Source of the DNA: Candidatus Poribacteria bacterium
GTDB taxonomy: Bacteria; Poribacteria; WGA-4E; WGA-3G
Direction of reading: 5' to 3'
NCBI GenBank assembly: GCA_963665235.2
Contig: CAXXLX010000001.1
Span: 2,016,001-2,080,000 of the forward strand
DNA: 64,000 nucleotides
In this document: positions 1 to 10,608 of the stretch, piece after piece
How the letters are laid out: each line of letters starts with the position of its first letter
Numbering within the stretch: position 1 is the stretch's first letter
Made by a program: the position numbers and the translations under genes
The notes under the pieces: generated by a model
The model's input: the letters and a program-made list of their open reading frames with translations, nothing else
What the model was told of the DNA's origin: nothing
The model's database searches: none

Positions 1-1235
1 GAGCCTTCTCGTATTACACCGCACCGATATGGATGACCGCAAATACTGTCGCGCAGACAAACCGTGTGCGAGAAGCGGTCGGTGGCAAAACACAAATGAT
101 TGAACGCTCCGGCTCCGATGCACCGCTAAGGTTTACAGGTGCAGTCATCCGGCGCGTTGCTGAACATGCATCACGCGCCTACGCGGCAACAGAAAGAATC
201 CAGCTTATCAGCAGTTTTATTCCCGCAGTGCTAACGGCAAATGCGTCAGTGCCAATTGACACAGGCAACGGATGCGGCATGTCGCTTATGAACTATCGGG
301 ATAAGGTGTGGGATGCCGAACTACTCTCAGCAACGGCACAAGACCTCCCGGGCGGTTCAGAAGGCTTGTTAGCCAAATTGCCAGAACTTGCCCCACCAGA
401 TTCCATCGTCGGAAATATCGCTGTGTATTTCGTAGAAAAATACGGTTTTTCTCAAGAATGTTCAATTGTAGCAGGGTCAGGAGACAACCCGCAGGCGAAA
501 GTGCCAGTCGCAGGCGACCTTCTCAGCCTTGGCACCAGTTTCGTCAATATGGTCTCAACCGATGGAGAGACGCTTGACCCTGAAGGGTTTGCTAACGCTA
601 TGTATGATGGCATAGGTCGCCCCTTTATGTTCGGATGCCGTACCAACGGGGCCATGGTGTGGGATGCTGTTAGAAATCACTACGGGCTCTCGAAAGAGGA
701 ATACGAACCTGCAGAAGCCGCATTGCGCGATGTGTCCCCCGGACAATTTATGACCTTTTGGCAACCGAAAACAGAATCTTTTCCTGTCTCCGGTGCCTTC
801 GAGCAAATACGCATGACCGACTCCGACACCCCCAATCTAGCAGAAGATTATACGGGGGTTATAGAAACGAGTCTCGCTGCCGTTTATGTCTATTCACAAG
901 TTTTTACAAAACAGACCCAAGACCCGCTATTTGTAACAGGCGGCGCGACAGGCAGCTCACAAATTATGCGACGTGTCGCTGGCATTTGGAACAGACCTGT
1001 TGTGCCCGTAGAAAAGGGCGGGGCTGCACTTGGTGCAGCAGTAGCCGGTGTAAACGCGTACTGTGCGGCTACAGATGAACCCTTTGATGTAGAGGCATTT
1101 AGTGCAGCAGTCTTAAAACGCGGTGAACGCATTCAATCGAACCGTGCCGATGTCGCAGCGTATCACGGAGAAGGGAATTACCTCCAACGATTCCGCGAAA
1201 CCTACGAAAAAATCATGAGGGACAACCCGCTGTAG
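1..1235 (+). CDS. xylB: FGGY-family carbohydrate kinase, xylulokinase-like (5'-truncated by window edge)
   Basis: Frame is open from base 3 (AFSYYTAPIWM...); motifs GSGDNP, SLGTS, VTGGATGS and GAALGAA. Confidence 0.75.
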   Translation, partial: AFSYYTAPIWMTANTVAQTNRVREAVGGKTQMIERSGSDAPLRFTGAVIRRVAEHASRAYAATERIQLISSFIPAVLTANASVPIDTGNGCGMSLMNYRDKVWDAELLSATAQDLPGGSEGLLAKLPELAPPDSIVGNIAVYFVEKYGFSQECSIVAGSGDNPQAKVPVAGDLLSLGTSFVNMVSTDGETLDPEGFANAMYDGIGRPFMFGCRTNGAMVWDAVRNHYGLSKEEYEPAEAALRDVSPGQFMTFWQPKTESFPVSGAFEQIRMTDSDTPNLAEDYTGVIETSLAAVYVYSQVFTKQTQDPLFVTGGATGSSQIMRRVAGIWNRPVVPVEKGGAALGAAVAGVNAYCAATDEPFDVEAFSAAVLKRGERIQSNRADVAAYHGEGNYLQRFRETYEKIMRDNPL

Positions 1236-1259
1236 AAAGATAACCTAAGTTGCCACATA

Positions 1260-1283
1260 GTAGCATAATCTTCCAGATTGTGC
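1260..1283 (+). repeat. Solo GTAG REP hairpin, variant of the array unit at 33.5 kb and 56.8 kb
   Basis: GTAGCATAATCTTCCAGATTGTGC versus array unit GTAGCATAAACTTCCAGTTTGTGC; the two differences are a compensatory stem pair. Confidence 0.8.
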
Positions 1284-1400
1284 ATATTTGTGTGCGAATT
1301 GGAAGTGAACGGGACAAATATTAGCTAATTATCAGCATATTTTCATTAAAGACGGTGTTTCCAGGTCTAAAAACTTATAAGTAGCAACTTGGGTAAAGAT

Positions 1401-1889
1401 ATGAACGAACTAACGCACTTTGACGAAAAAGGCAACACCCGGATGGTCGATGTCGGCGGAAAACCGGAAACGTTGCGTATCGCTATTGCTCAGGGACATG
1501 TGACAGCACACCCTGAAACGCTCCACCGCATTGCTGAAAAACAGATGCAGAAGGGTAACGTTTTGGAAGTTGCCCGCCTCGCTGGGTACATGGCAGCAAA
1601 ACGCACAAGCGAGCTCATACCGCTGTGTCACCCGCTTAATCTTACCTCTATCCGTGTCGATGTCGAAATCGTAGCGGAGCGGATAGAGATTGAGGCAGAA
1701 GTCCACACCGTTGGACGCACCGGCGTAGAAATGGAAGCACTCACAGCCGTGTCCATCGCAGGATTAACCGTTTACGATATGTGCAAAGCCATCGACCGAG
1801 AGATGTGCATCTCTGATATAAAGCTAGTCAAAAAAACTGGGGGGGCAAGTGGCGATTTCAACTTGGAAACCACCCGTGATGTCGAATAA
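1401..1889 (+). CDS. moaC: Cyclic pyranopterin monophosphate synthase MoaC
   Basis: LTHFD...[22 protein letters not shown] and YDMCKA motifs. Confidence 0.97.
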   Translation: MNELTHFDEKGNTRMVDVGGKPETLRIAIAQGHVTAHPETLHRIAEKQMQKGNVLEVARLAGYMAAKRTSELIPLCHPLNLTSIRVDVEIVAERIEIEAEVHTVGRTGVEMEALTAVSIAGLTVYDMCKAIDREMCISDIKLVKKTGGASGDFNLETTRDVE

Positions 1890-1922
1890 AATCAGATTTC
1901 ACTATAAGCGGAGAAAAAAGAT

Positions 1923-4826
1923 ATGCGCCGAATTATCATCACAATCCTTATCGTTTTCCTAACGGTTACCACAACAACTTTCGCAACAGATTACGTCCTA
2001 ATTCTCGGAGGCGTAGGCGGTGAGAAATCCTACTACGACCAGTTTTGGAGCGGCACCTCCCGCTTTCACCAATTGCTGACACAAGAATACGGGTATGCTC
2101 CGGAGCAGATTACCTTCCTATTTGAGGATGAGGGCAGCCTTCCGGGACTCGTCACAGGTTTAGCAGAGCGAGAGGTGATTTTAGAGACGTTTGCCGAGCT
2201 TGCCGAGAAGGTCCAACCGACGGATAGATTTATCCTTTTTATGCTTGGGCATGCCACGCGCACCAATGCTGACGTGAAATTTAACCTGCCGGGGCGGGAT
2301 ATCGCTCAAGCGGAATACACCGACAGCATTAACAGCATCCGTGCAGAACAGCAGCTGCTCGTCTTCGGGTTTCCCTATAGTGCAAGGATGGTCAAAGGCA
2401 TCAGTGCTTCAGGACGCATTATTATTACATCCAGCTCCGCGAAGGAGGGGTATGCCTCTCAAGCCAATTTCGGAGACCTCTTCGTTGATGTCTTCTCTGA
2501 ACCCGCCGCAGATACAAACAGCGATGGTGCAATATCGCTCCTAGAGGCGTTTCTTCGGATCCAAAACCGTGTCGATGAATGGTATGCCCAAGATGGCGCG
2601 CTGCAAGCAGAACATCCGCACCTCGATGATAACGGTGACGGTCGTGCCTCGCGCAAGGAGCTGGAAGACAGTGGTGAAGGAACGGTCGCCGAAAAAACAT
2701 TTTTAGGCAAACGCCGCACCCCACTTCCCATAATAGAACAGGCTGATGCACAGGATTCACCGGAGACTGAAGACGTTGGGCCGGCACCGCATACAGACGA
2801 AAACGGGCAGGTCCACGCGGAGGACACATCAGAAACACCGGAACAGACCGGCACGCAGGGAAAATCCTCGCTGCCTTACGATTTCATTAGCGAAGAAGAC
2901 ACACAAATCATCCAAGCACTCATAGAAAACGCTCCCCCCAAGCCAACCAACCCAAAAGATGGAGCTCTCGTTATATGGGAAGCGGAAACCTATGACATTG
3001 ATGAGGATGGCAAGCACGTCTATTCCACACGCCGAGTCGTCAAAATATTCAGCGAAGATGGGTACCACCTCGGTGAAATCAGAATCCCTTACACGCTCGG
3101 CGCAGATGACATCACTATCCATCACGCCTGGACACTGCAGCCCGATGGCACGAAAGTTGAACTAGATCAAAACGAAATTATCAGCGGAATTTCGCCAGCA
3201 AGTGCCGCTGAAGCGGGACTTCACGTCGACACCCGCTTGATGTACTTCGAATTGCCGAAGATGTCCGAGGGTTGCGTCATCGACTACGCCTATTCCACCA
3301 AAAACCCGAGACATGTCATGAAAGGCGAATTTTGGAAACAGGTACATTTTCAGGTAGATGTACCTGTGCACTACTACCGGCTCACGGTGCACACACCCAA
3401 GAAAATGCAGCTCCTTTACCGAGTAGACGGGCCCACAATTTTCCCAACTGTTACAGAGAAAAACTACACCCGCACCTATACATTTGAAGTGGAAGGTGTA
3501 CCCGCCCTACGTCAAGAACCGTTGATGCCTGCCGTTTCAGATTCCGCATATAACATCAGCCTCTCCTCCATCGATTCCTGGCACAAATTAATCGCATGGT
3601 ATGCAACCCTAATTCGGGAACAGGATAGAACCACGAAGGAAATCGAGGCAAAAACGGAAGAACTGCTCACTGGCGTATCTTCACGCGAAGAGAAGATTAA
3701 GCGACTCTACGAATTTGTCGCAACAAATATCCAGTACGCAGGCGATGAACGCGGAATTTGGGCTATCAAACCGTACCCTGCCGGTGAGGTTTTAGCGAAC
3801 GAATGGGGAGATTGCAAGGGCAAGTCCACCCTGCTGTCGACGATGCTTCGTGTCGCCGGTATCGATTCCTACCCTGTTCTAATTTCCGCGGGCAAAGCGC
3901 GCAGCATCGTCCGGGAAGTGCCCTCGCTCACCTATTTTAATCACATGATTCTCGCTGTAGATGGCGGAAAAGATAAAGACCTGATATGGCTTGACCCGAC
4001 TGTGCAAACCTGCGCTTATGGCGATTTTCCTGCCAGTGACCAAAATCGGTGGACGCTGATTATCAATACAGACGCACCGATAACAGACGAAGCGGACACC
4101 CCCGACCAACACCCGCAGAAACTAGATGGTGAAGAGATGGAAAACCGCCTCTATGTTTTTCAAAAAAGTCCATTACTTCCCGCAAATTCAAATATGCGTC
4201 GAACGACCACCCACGTCAAGGTCCGAAAAGACCAAAGCGTCCAAGTCTCACAGGAACTCTGGGTCTCCGGTGACTTCAACGCACGATTTCGAGCACGGCT
4301 CCTCGGGACCAGTCATCGCGAAGAACGCATCCGATTTCTCCGCGATACGTTCGAATTAGACGAACGTGCAAAGGTGGAAGGTTTTGAAATCTCGGAGGTC
4401 AAACAGTTAGGGCCCAATTTAAAGATTAACCTCTCCTGGTCCTGTAAGGAATATCTATACAAAATGGGCGACCAGTTTATCCTGGAACTTCCCGTTGTCA
4501 AACACCCCTATGCAGAACTGTTGAGAGAAGAGGAACGCAGCCACCCGGCTGTCTTGGGAAAAAACCTCACGTTTGAAGACGAAATCACCGTCGAGATAGC
4601 AGCTCCATTTGTGATAAAGGTGGTACCGGAACCCCAAAAATTGAAAACAGATGTCGCTGAAATCCAATTGGATTACAAGCAATCCGCACAGAAAGCGGAG
4701 ATGAAACAGATGATTCGTTTTCACGCTCCAACAGTAGAAGCCCGTGAAATCAGTCAGCTCACAGACATCGTCAGGCTCGCTTCAAGCCGAAGCACAAAAC
4801 GATTCATCTTAACGCAAAAACCGTAG
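1923..4826 (+). CDS. Secreted protein: caspase/C13-like N-terminal domain + DUF3857 + transglutaminase-like domain
   Basis: Signal peptide; LFMLGHA; DxNxDG loops; transglutaminase triad GDCKGK / FNHMI / WLDPT. Confidence 0.75.
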   Translation: MRRIIITILIVFLTVTTTTFATDYVLILGGVGGEKSYYDQFWSGTSRFHQLLTQEYGYAPEQITFLFEDEGSLPGLVTGLAEREVILETFAELAEKVQPTDRFILFMLGHATRTNADVKFNLPGRDIAQAEYTDSINSIRAEQQLLVFGFPYSARMVKGISASGRIIITSSSAKEGYASQANFGDLFVDVFSEPAADTNSDGAISLLEAFLRIQNRVDEWYAQDGALQAEHPHLDDNGDGRASRKELEDSGEGTVAEKTFLGKRRTPLPIIEQADAQDSPETEDVGPAPHTDENGQVHAEDTSETPEQTGTQGKSSLPYDFISEEDTQIIQALIENAPPKPTNPKDGALVIWEAETYDIDEDGKHVYSTRRVVKIFSEDGYHLGEIRIPYTLGADDITIHHAWTLQPDGTKVELDQNEIISGISPASAAEAGLHVDTRLMYFELPKMSEGCVIDYAYSTKNPRHVMKGEFWKQVHFQVDVPVHYYRLTVHTPKKMQLLYRVDGPTIFPTVTEKNYTRTYTFEVEGVPALRQEPLMPAVSDSAYNISLSSIDSWHKLIAWYATLIREQDRTTKEIEAKTEELLTGVSSREEKIKRLYEFVATNIQYAGDERGIWAIKPYPAGEVLANEWGDCKGKSTLLSTMLRVAGIDSYPVLISAGKARSIVREVPSLTYFNHMILAVDGGKDKDLIWLDPTVQTCAYGDFPASDQNRWTLIINTDAPITDEADTPDQHPQKLDGEEMENRLYVFQKSPLLPANSNMRRTTTHVKVRKDQSVQVSQELWVSGDFNARFRARLLGTSHREERIRFLRDTFELDERAKVEGFEISEVKQLGPNLKINLSWSCKEYLYKMGDQFILELPVVKHPYAELLREEERSHPAVLGKNLTFEDEITVEIAAPFVIKVVPEPQKLKTDVAEIQLDYKQSAQKAEMKQMIRFHAPTVEAREISQLTDIVRLASSRSTKRFILTQKP

Positions 4827-4855
4827 TTGATACATACAATATAAGGAGCACGTAA

Positions 4856-5863
4856 ATGCCAGCAACCGAAGAAGTTCAAGCTATTGAAGAATTAATGGAA
4901 AGCCAAGAATTAATCTTGAGCCAACTCAAAAAAGTTATTATCGGCCAAGAGGAAATCGTCAATCAGATGTTGATGGCACTCTTCGCCGGCGGTCACTGCC
5001 TCGTCGAAGGGGTACCAGGGCTAGCGAAAACGTTGATGATTAAGACGCTTGCAGAAATTCTAAATCTCAAATTCAAGCGAATTCAGTTCACCCCGGACCT
5101 AATGCCCGCCGACATTATCGGTACCGACGTGCTTGAGGAGGACCGCACCACGGGACATAGAACCATTCGATTCATTCAGGGGCCCATCTTCGCGAACATC
5201 CTGCTTGCCGATGAGATTAACCGAACCCCTCCAAAAACACAAGCTGCCCTATTAGAGGCAATGCAGGAACATCATGTCACCGCAGGAGGCACCCAATACC
5301 AACTGACTGAACCGTTCTTTGTCCTTGCAACACAGAACCCGATTGAGCAGGAGGGCACATACCCGCTGCCTGAAGCACAACTCGACCGGTTCATGTTCAA
5401 AATTGTCATAGACTACCCGACAGAGGAAGAGGAGGTCAACATCATCTCCGCAACGACAGGCGCAGAGGTACCGGAACTAGAGACCGCCCTTTCGGGTGAA
5501 GCTATCGTCGCGCTCCACCAAATCGTACGCAGGGTGCCTGCCGCAGATAACGTCGTTCAATACGCCGTAAAACTCACGCGTTCAACCCGGCCCAAAGAGA
5601 AGGATGCCCCCGACTTTATCCAACAGTGGGTACGCTGGGGTGCAGGGCCCCGAGCAGGTCAATATCTAATCTTAGGCGCGAAAGCAAGGGCTATCCTCAG
5701 AGGCCGTTATAACGCCTCATGCGAAGATGTCAAATCGGTTGCCCCTGCAGTCCTACGGCACCGCGTTCTAACAAACTTCCATGCCGAAGCTGAAGGAATT
5801 GATACCGATACAGTTATACAACGCCTCCTTGAAACAGTTCAAGAACCTTCAATTCGCATGTAG
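4856..5863 (+). CDS. moxR: MoxR-family AAA+ ATPase
   Basis: GVPGLAKT, RIQFTPDLMPADI, LADEINR, ATQNPIEQEGTYPLPEAQLDRF. Confidence 0.95.
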   Translation: MPATEEVQAIEELMESQELILSQLKKVIIGQEEIVNQMLMALFAGGHCLVEGVPGLAKTLMIKTLAEILNLKFKRIQFTPDLMPADIIGTDVLEEDRTTGHRTIRFIQGPIFANILLADEINRTPPKTQAALLEAMQEHHVTAGGTQYQLTEPFFVLATQNPIEQEGTYPLPEAQLDRFMFKIVIDYPTEEEEVNIISATTGAEVPELETALSGEAIVALHQIVRRVPAADNVVQYAVKLTRSTRPKEKDAPDFIQQWVRWGAGPRAGQYLILGAKARAILRGRYNASCEDVKSVAPAVLRHRVLTNFHAEAEGIDTDTVIQRLLETVQEPSIRM

Positions 5864-5871
5864 CAAAAATC

Positions 5872-6546
5872 ATGAGAATCTCGGTCATCATCCCTGTCTT
5901 GAACGAAGAAGCGGCAATCGCAAAGGTTATCAACGATATTCCGAAAACCTTAGTTCAAGAAATTATCGTTGTAGATAACGGATGCACCGACCGCACCGCG
6001 GCGGTGGCACGCGAACACGGGGCAAAAGTTGTGACCGAACCGAAAAGGGGATACGGGAATGCATGTCTCGCAGGCATTGCTGCCATACAGAACACCGACA
6101 TTGTCGTCTTTCTGGACGGTGATTATAGCGATGCCCCAACAGAGATGCCAACCCTCGTTCAACCAATTTGTGAGGGCAGAGCCGAACTCGTCATCGGTGC
6201 CCGCGTCCCTTGTGAAAAGGGAGCACTTCTACCGCAGGCGCGGTTCGGAAACAGACTCGCAACCCTCTTAATACGGCTCTTCTTCGGCGTACGATACACC
6301 GACCTGGGGCCCTTTCGCGCTATACGTTACACACAGCTGCTTGCACTAGAGATGCAGGATAAAACCTACGGATGGACAGTAGAGATGCAACTCAAAGCCG
6401 CAAAGATGGGAATGAATGTCTGTGAGGTGCCAGTCAGTTATAAAAAACGGATTGGCACATCTAAAATTAGTGGCACATTCACAGGCAGCATCCGCGCCGG
6501 GGTGAAAATACTGACAACACTCTTCCGCTACGGAATCCACCGCTAA
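5872..6546 (+). CDS. Glycosyltransferase family 2 (DPM1-like)
   Basis: VIIPVLNE, VVDNGCTD, FLDGD, TDLGPFRAI. Confidence 0.92.
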   Translation: MRISVIIPVLNEEAAIAKVINDIPKTLVQEIIVVDNGCTDRTAAVAREHGAKVVTEPKRGYGNACLAGIAAIQNTDIVVFLDGDYSDAPTEMPTLVQPICEGRAELVIGARVPCEKGALLPQARFGNRLATLLIRLFFGVRYTDLGPFRAIRYTQLLALEMQDKTYGWTVEMQLKAAKMGMNVCEVPVSYKKRIGTSKISGTFTGSIRAGVKILTTLFRYGIHR

Positions 6547-6558
6547 CGCAAAGAAAAA

Positions 6559-7413
6559 ATGAAGAATTGCATCACAGAACAATTCTGGTACGTCAAACAA
6601 ATCCATATCTTCCGAGACCTTGCCGAACCGGATGCCCACGCGCTAGAACGAATTGCTACGTTCAAGGAATTAAAACATGAGGAACACCTCTCCGCAGAAG
6701 GCGTTTACCTCCTAAAAGCCGGACGCGTTAAAATCTACGAAAACCTTTTAGACACCGAACCGGAAACAAAAGCTGTCCTGGAGCCCGGCGAGCTATTTGG
6801 CATGGTCGCTGCCGAAGTGTCACCTTGGGAAAACACCGAGCCGCACAGCCTCGCCGAAACTTTGACCGAGGCACATATCGGTTTTGTAACCGTCCGCGAC
6901 TTCACGTTTTTCCTTAAGCGAAAACCGCATCTCGCCCTGCCCCTACGCAAGAGCGGACGCTTCAGAATACCCGATAGGCTACTCTGGAATTGGCATAACA
7001 GACCCGGGCTACAGACAAAAACAACCATCGTCCCGTCTTGTAAACATGCCAACGCCTTCGCGAACATCGCCTTCCGATGTGCCGCCTCCCGGCTCGCGCT
7101 GCTGTTGTTAAACCTAACAGCAAGTGCCAAAGCTTGTGGGAACAGCGGTTTTATACCCCGGCTGTCAACCCGAAGGTTGTCGAAGTTGATTGGGAGTTCA
7201 GTGGAAACAACGGAGACGCTTTTAAAAACGTTTAAGCAGCACGGCCTGCTCGACAGACGGTGGGGACGAACGCAAGTCTTAGATATGTGGCGGTTGAAGA
7301 AAATCGCGGATGCAAAAATGCAAACACCAATTTCTTATGCAACCGAAACATCAATAGAGACTCTTACACCCACTGATTCCTTAGAGAATCCCACGCGTTA
7401 TCCCTCGAATTAA
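6559..7413 (+). CDS. Crp/Fnr-family transcriptional regulator (divergent)
   Basis: cNMP-binding fold motifs (YLLKAGRVKI, PGELFG) and C-terminal HTH-like segment (LSKLIGSSVETTETLL). Confidence 0.7.
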   Translation: MKNCITEQFWYVKQIHIFRDLAEPDAHALERIATFKELKHEEHLSAEGVYLLKAGRVKIYENLLDTEPETKAVLEPGELFGMVAAEVSPWENTEPHSLAETLTEAHIGFVTVRDFTFFLKRKPHLALPLRKSGRFRIPDRLLWNWHNRPGLQTKTTIVPSCKHANAFANIAFRCAASRLALLLLNLTASAKACGNSGFIPRLSTRRLSKLIGSSVETTETLLKTFKQHGLLDRRWGRTQVLDMWRLKKIADAKMQTPISYATETSIETLTPTDSLENPTRYPSN

Positions 7414-7472
7414 AACCACCCGCTGTGCCATTACCCGCTCTTTTTTCATTTTTTCGTTTCGCGTACACCGTA

Positions 7473-7501
7473 TTGACAAACTTAAGCAGATATGTTACAA
7501 T
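7473..7501 (+). promoter_or_regulatory. Sigma70-type promoter
   Basis: TTGACA-N17-TACAAT, 50 bp upstream of the M28 peptidase start. Confidence 0.7.
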
Positions 7502-7551
7502 ATTACCGAAATTGACAACAGGAATAAAAAACCTTTTGAGCGATAAAAAAT

Positions 7552-8927
7552 ATGGAAAATAAAAACCCTTATCTACACATTGACAGACAAATCGTTGGCG
7601 ATATTTACACGAGCAACGAAGCCATGGAAAACCTCACCGTTCTATGCGATGACTTCGGCTCCCGATTTGCAGGAACCCCTGAAGAATACGCCGCCGCGAA
7701 CTTTATCTTAGAAACCTTTAATCGTTACGGGCTCAAAAATGTCAGGCTAGAGGCGTATCCGTACGCAGGCTGGTCGCGCGGGGAAGCCACCTTGCAAATT
7801 ACCGCGCCCCTCCAACGCACCTTACCTTGCATTTCACTCCCGTACTGCCCCGCTGGTGAAGTTGTCGGGGACTGGTATCCGTCGGTTACGGGAGTCCTGC
7901 GGAATATACTGCTTTAGGTGAAACAGCCGCTGATACACTTATCATGGCACACAGCGCATCACCGCCCAACCTCGGACGGTGGGTACATCGCAAAGAAAAA
8001 TTTGAACGCGCAGTCCTCAGCGGTGCCAAGGCGTTTATCTTCGTGAGTGAGCACCCTGGGGTCGGCCCTGAGACAGGGAGCCTGCAAAACGACCGACCTG
8101 CCCCTATTCCGGGCATCTCAATTTGCAAAGAGGATGGCGAATTTCTTAAGCGATGCCTCGCGCGATACGGAAAACTAACTTTACAGCTCAAAACCACGGA
8201 CACTAACGAACCCCGTACCTCCTGGAATGTCGTCGGAGAACTACCGGGGTATACCGTTCCTGAAGAGGTCATAATCCTTGGATGCCACTACGATGGACAC
8301 GACATCTCACAAGGCGCGCACGACCCCGCCTCCGGGATGGTCTCTGTCATCGAAGCATCGCGCGTACTCGCCGCCTACACAGCCGACTCCCGCAAACGCA
8401 CAATCCGATTCATCGCCTTTGGCACAGAGGAGATTGGACTCACCGGCGCATTTCGCTACGTGGAAACACACACAGACACATTGGATAACATTCGGTTCAT
8501 GCTCAACATGGATGCCGCGGGCGGGACAAGTCGAAAAGGTATTGTTCTGCATCATTGGGAAACGTTGGAACCCTTCTTTAGCACAGCGCAGCAGCAGATG
8601 CACGCTGAGATGCCTATAGGGCAGAAAGTACACGCCTACTCTGACCATTTCCCATTTTTCCTGCAAGGTGTACCTTCAAGTCACATGGGCGACCCGGAGT
8701 CTCCGCCATCTGGACGCGGTTTCGGGCATACTGCCTATGACACACTTGATAAGGTAAAATTGGAAAACCTGCGCCGCGCAAGTGCAGTCGGCGCGCGAAT
8801 TGCCCTCCGATGCGCAAATGCTGACGAATTTCCCGCAAAACGCCGCACACCCGAAGCGGTACAGAAAATCGTTGATACCGACCCAGGATTGGAAGGCTAT
8901 CGTATCTCGCTAAAATTGACGAAATAA
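7552..8927 (+). pseudogene. M28-family aminopeptidase with PA domain, split by a 1-nt frameshift near 7870
   Basis: Restoring one base at GGGGA joins ...CPAGEVVG to LVSVGYGSPAEY...; motifs GCHYDG, GAHDPASG, EEIGL, NMD, SDHFPF, GHTAYDT. Confidence 0.8.
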
Positions 8928-8950
8928 CCTCTTAACAAGCTAGGAACGCA

Positions 8951-10432
8951 ATGACGAATTGGACACGTTTATATCACCGCTATAGTTGCATCGGACTTCT
9001 ACTTTTTTTGATATTAACCTTATCCGCAGGTTTACCATCTCCCGCAGAAGCAAGCTCGGATAACAATTCTCGATTCAAACTTCAGCAGGCTGTCACCGAA
9101 TCGCGCCGAACGGCAATCGTGAACGCTGTCGAACGTGCAAGCCCCGCCGTCGTCAACATCAGTGCCATACAACGGGTCGCACAACTCACCTCCTTTGATG
9201 AATGGTTCTGGGGTGAAATTCCCGAATCGCGTCTGCGTTCGCTGCGAGAAGTCGGCTCAGGAGTCATTGTAGACAAAATCGGTTATATTCTTACAAACCA
9301 TCACGTAGTTGAAAATGCTGACCGTATTAAAGTCGCCATCTCTGATGGACGCGAACTTGAAGCACACATACTCGGATACGATTATCTCTCTGACCTCGCA
9401 CTCTTGAAAATTGATACGAAAGATAACTTACCACAAATCGAATGGGGAGACTCAGAAGACCTCATGATTGGCGAGTGGGTACTAGCAATCGGAAACCCGT
9501 TTGGATTATCAATCGGGACAGCACAACCTACTGTAACAATCGGCATCGTTAGCGCAACACAACGCACACTTACAGTTGAGAACCGTTTTTATGAAAGTTT
9601 AATCCAGACAGATGCATCTATTAATGTCGGCAACAGCGGCGGTGCTTTAGTCAATATACACGGCCAACTCATCGGCATAAATACCGTGATACGCTCAACC
9701 AGTGGCGGGTCACAAGGAGTCGGATTTGCCATACCTGCCAACAAAGTCAAAAAGGTAATTCAACAGATTATTGAATACGGCAGCGTTATACCGCCCTACC
9801 TCGGAATAGAGACACAACCTGTAACGGAAGAACTGGCAGAAAAACTCTGGGACTCCGACTCTCAAGAAGAAAACCCCTTCGCTACAAGCACACGCAGCGG
9901 AAAACTGAAAACGGGAGTCCTCGTCTCACAACTCGAAAAGCGGAGCCCTACTGCCGCCGCTGGCATTAAACGCGGGGATGTTATCATAGCTATAGCTGGG
10001 CACCGAATCAAAAATCAAACCGACTTTAAAGCTGTCGCACGGTTGCTACCGCTCAACACAGCCATCCCCTGTCAGCTCATACGACACGGAAAAAAAATAG
10101 AAACCACCTTGAAACTAAAAACCTTACAATGGGAATACATCTCACATAGATGGGGACTTACGCTTAAACAACCTAACCAACAGGAGGTCCGAAAATATAA
10201 GCAACCCGGTGTCATCATTAAACACATCGAAAAAAATAGCGGCCTTGCAGGAACACTCCAGCGCGGTGATTTTATCTATCAACTTAACGACACCAAAATT
10301 AACTCACTCGAAATTTTTAAACTTATCGACCAACGTATCCGCACCCGAAATAGGGTGCAACTCTACTTCAAACGAGACGGGGTTAGTAAAAGTATCTTCG
10401 TGACTTTTAATAGAAACAATCGATGGAGATAG
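8951..10432 (+). CDS. HtrA/DegP-family serine protease with two PDZ domains
   Basis: TNHHVV, DLALLKI, QTDASINVGNSGGAL, PDZ GIKRGDVI. Confidence 0.93.
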   Translation: MTNWTRLYHRYSCIGLLLFLILTLSAGLPSPAEASSDNNSRFKLQQAVTESRRTAIVNAVERASPAVVNISAIQRVAQLTSFDEWFWGEIPESRLRSLREVGSGVIVDKIGYILTNHHVVENADRIKVAISDGRELEAHILGYDYLSDLALLKIDTKDNLPQIEWGDSEDLMIGEWVLAIGNPFGLSIGTAQPTVTIGIVSATQRTLTVENRFYESLIQTDASINVGNSGGALVNIHGQLIGINTVIRSTSGGSQGVGFAIPANKVKKVIQQIIEYGSVIPPYLGIETQPVTEELAEKLWDSDSQEENPFATSTRSGKLKTGVLVSQLEKRSPTAAAGIKRGDVIIAIAGHRIKNQTDFKAVARLLPLNTAIPCQLIRHGKKIETTLKLKTLQWEYISHRWGLTLKQPNQQEVRKYKQPGVIIKHIEKNSGLAGTLQRGDFIYQLNDTKINSLEIFKLIDQRIRTRNRVQLYFKRDGVSKSIFVTFNRNNRWR

Positions 10433-10552
10433 GTGTTTAATTAAACGTGAGTTTGATAATAGCTGTTGGAAACCGTTGGAAACCCATAGCAAGAGATGAA
10501 TCTAAGCCCTCTGACGCGCGTCAGACCGCGTATTAGAATCACAAACCTCTTG

Positions 10553-10590
10553 CCAATAGCCAATAGCCAATGAGCCAATGAGCCAATTAC
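10553..10590 (+). repeat. Short 7-8 bp tandem repeat (GCCAATA / GCCAATGA)
   Basis: ccaatagccaatagccaatgagccaatgagccaattacc; related arrays at 26373-26411 and 63159-63196 (reverse). Confidence 0.75.
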
Positions 10591-10608
10591 CACAAAGGAG
10601 ATTGAAAC

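Noticed and set aside
7860-7880. Programmed ribosomal frameshift (also at about 27133)
   Set aside because: No slippery heptamer or stimulatory structure; short homopolymer indels suggest sequencing error or mutation
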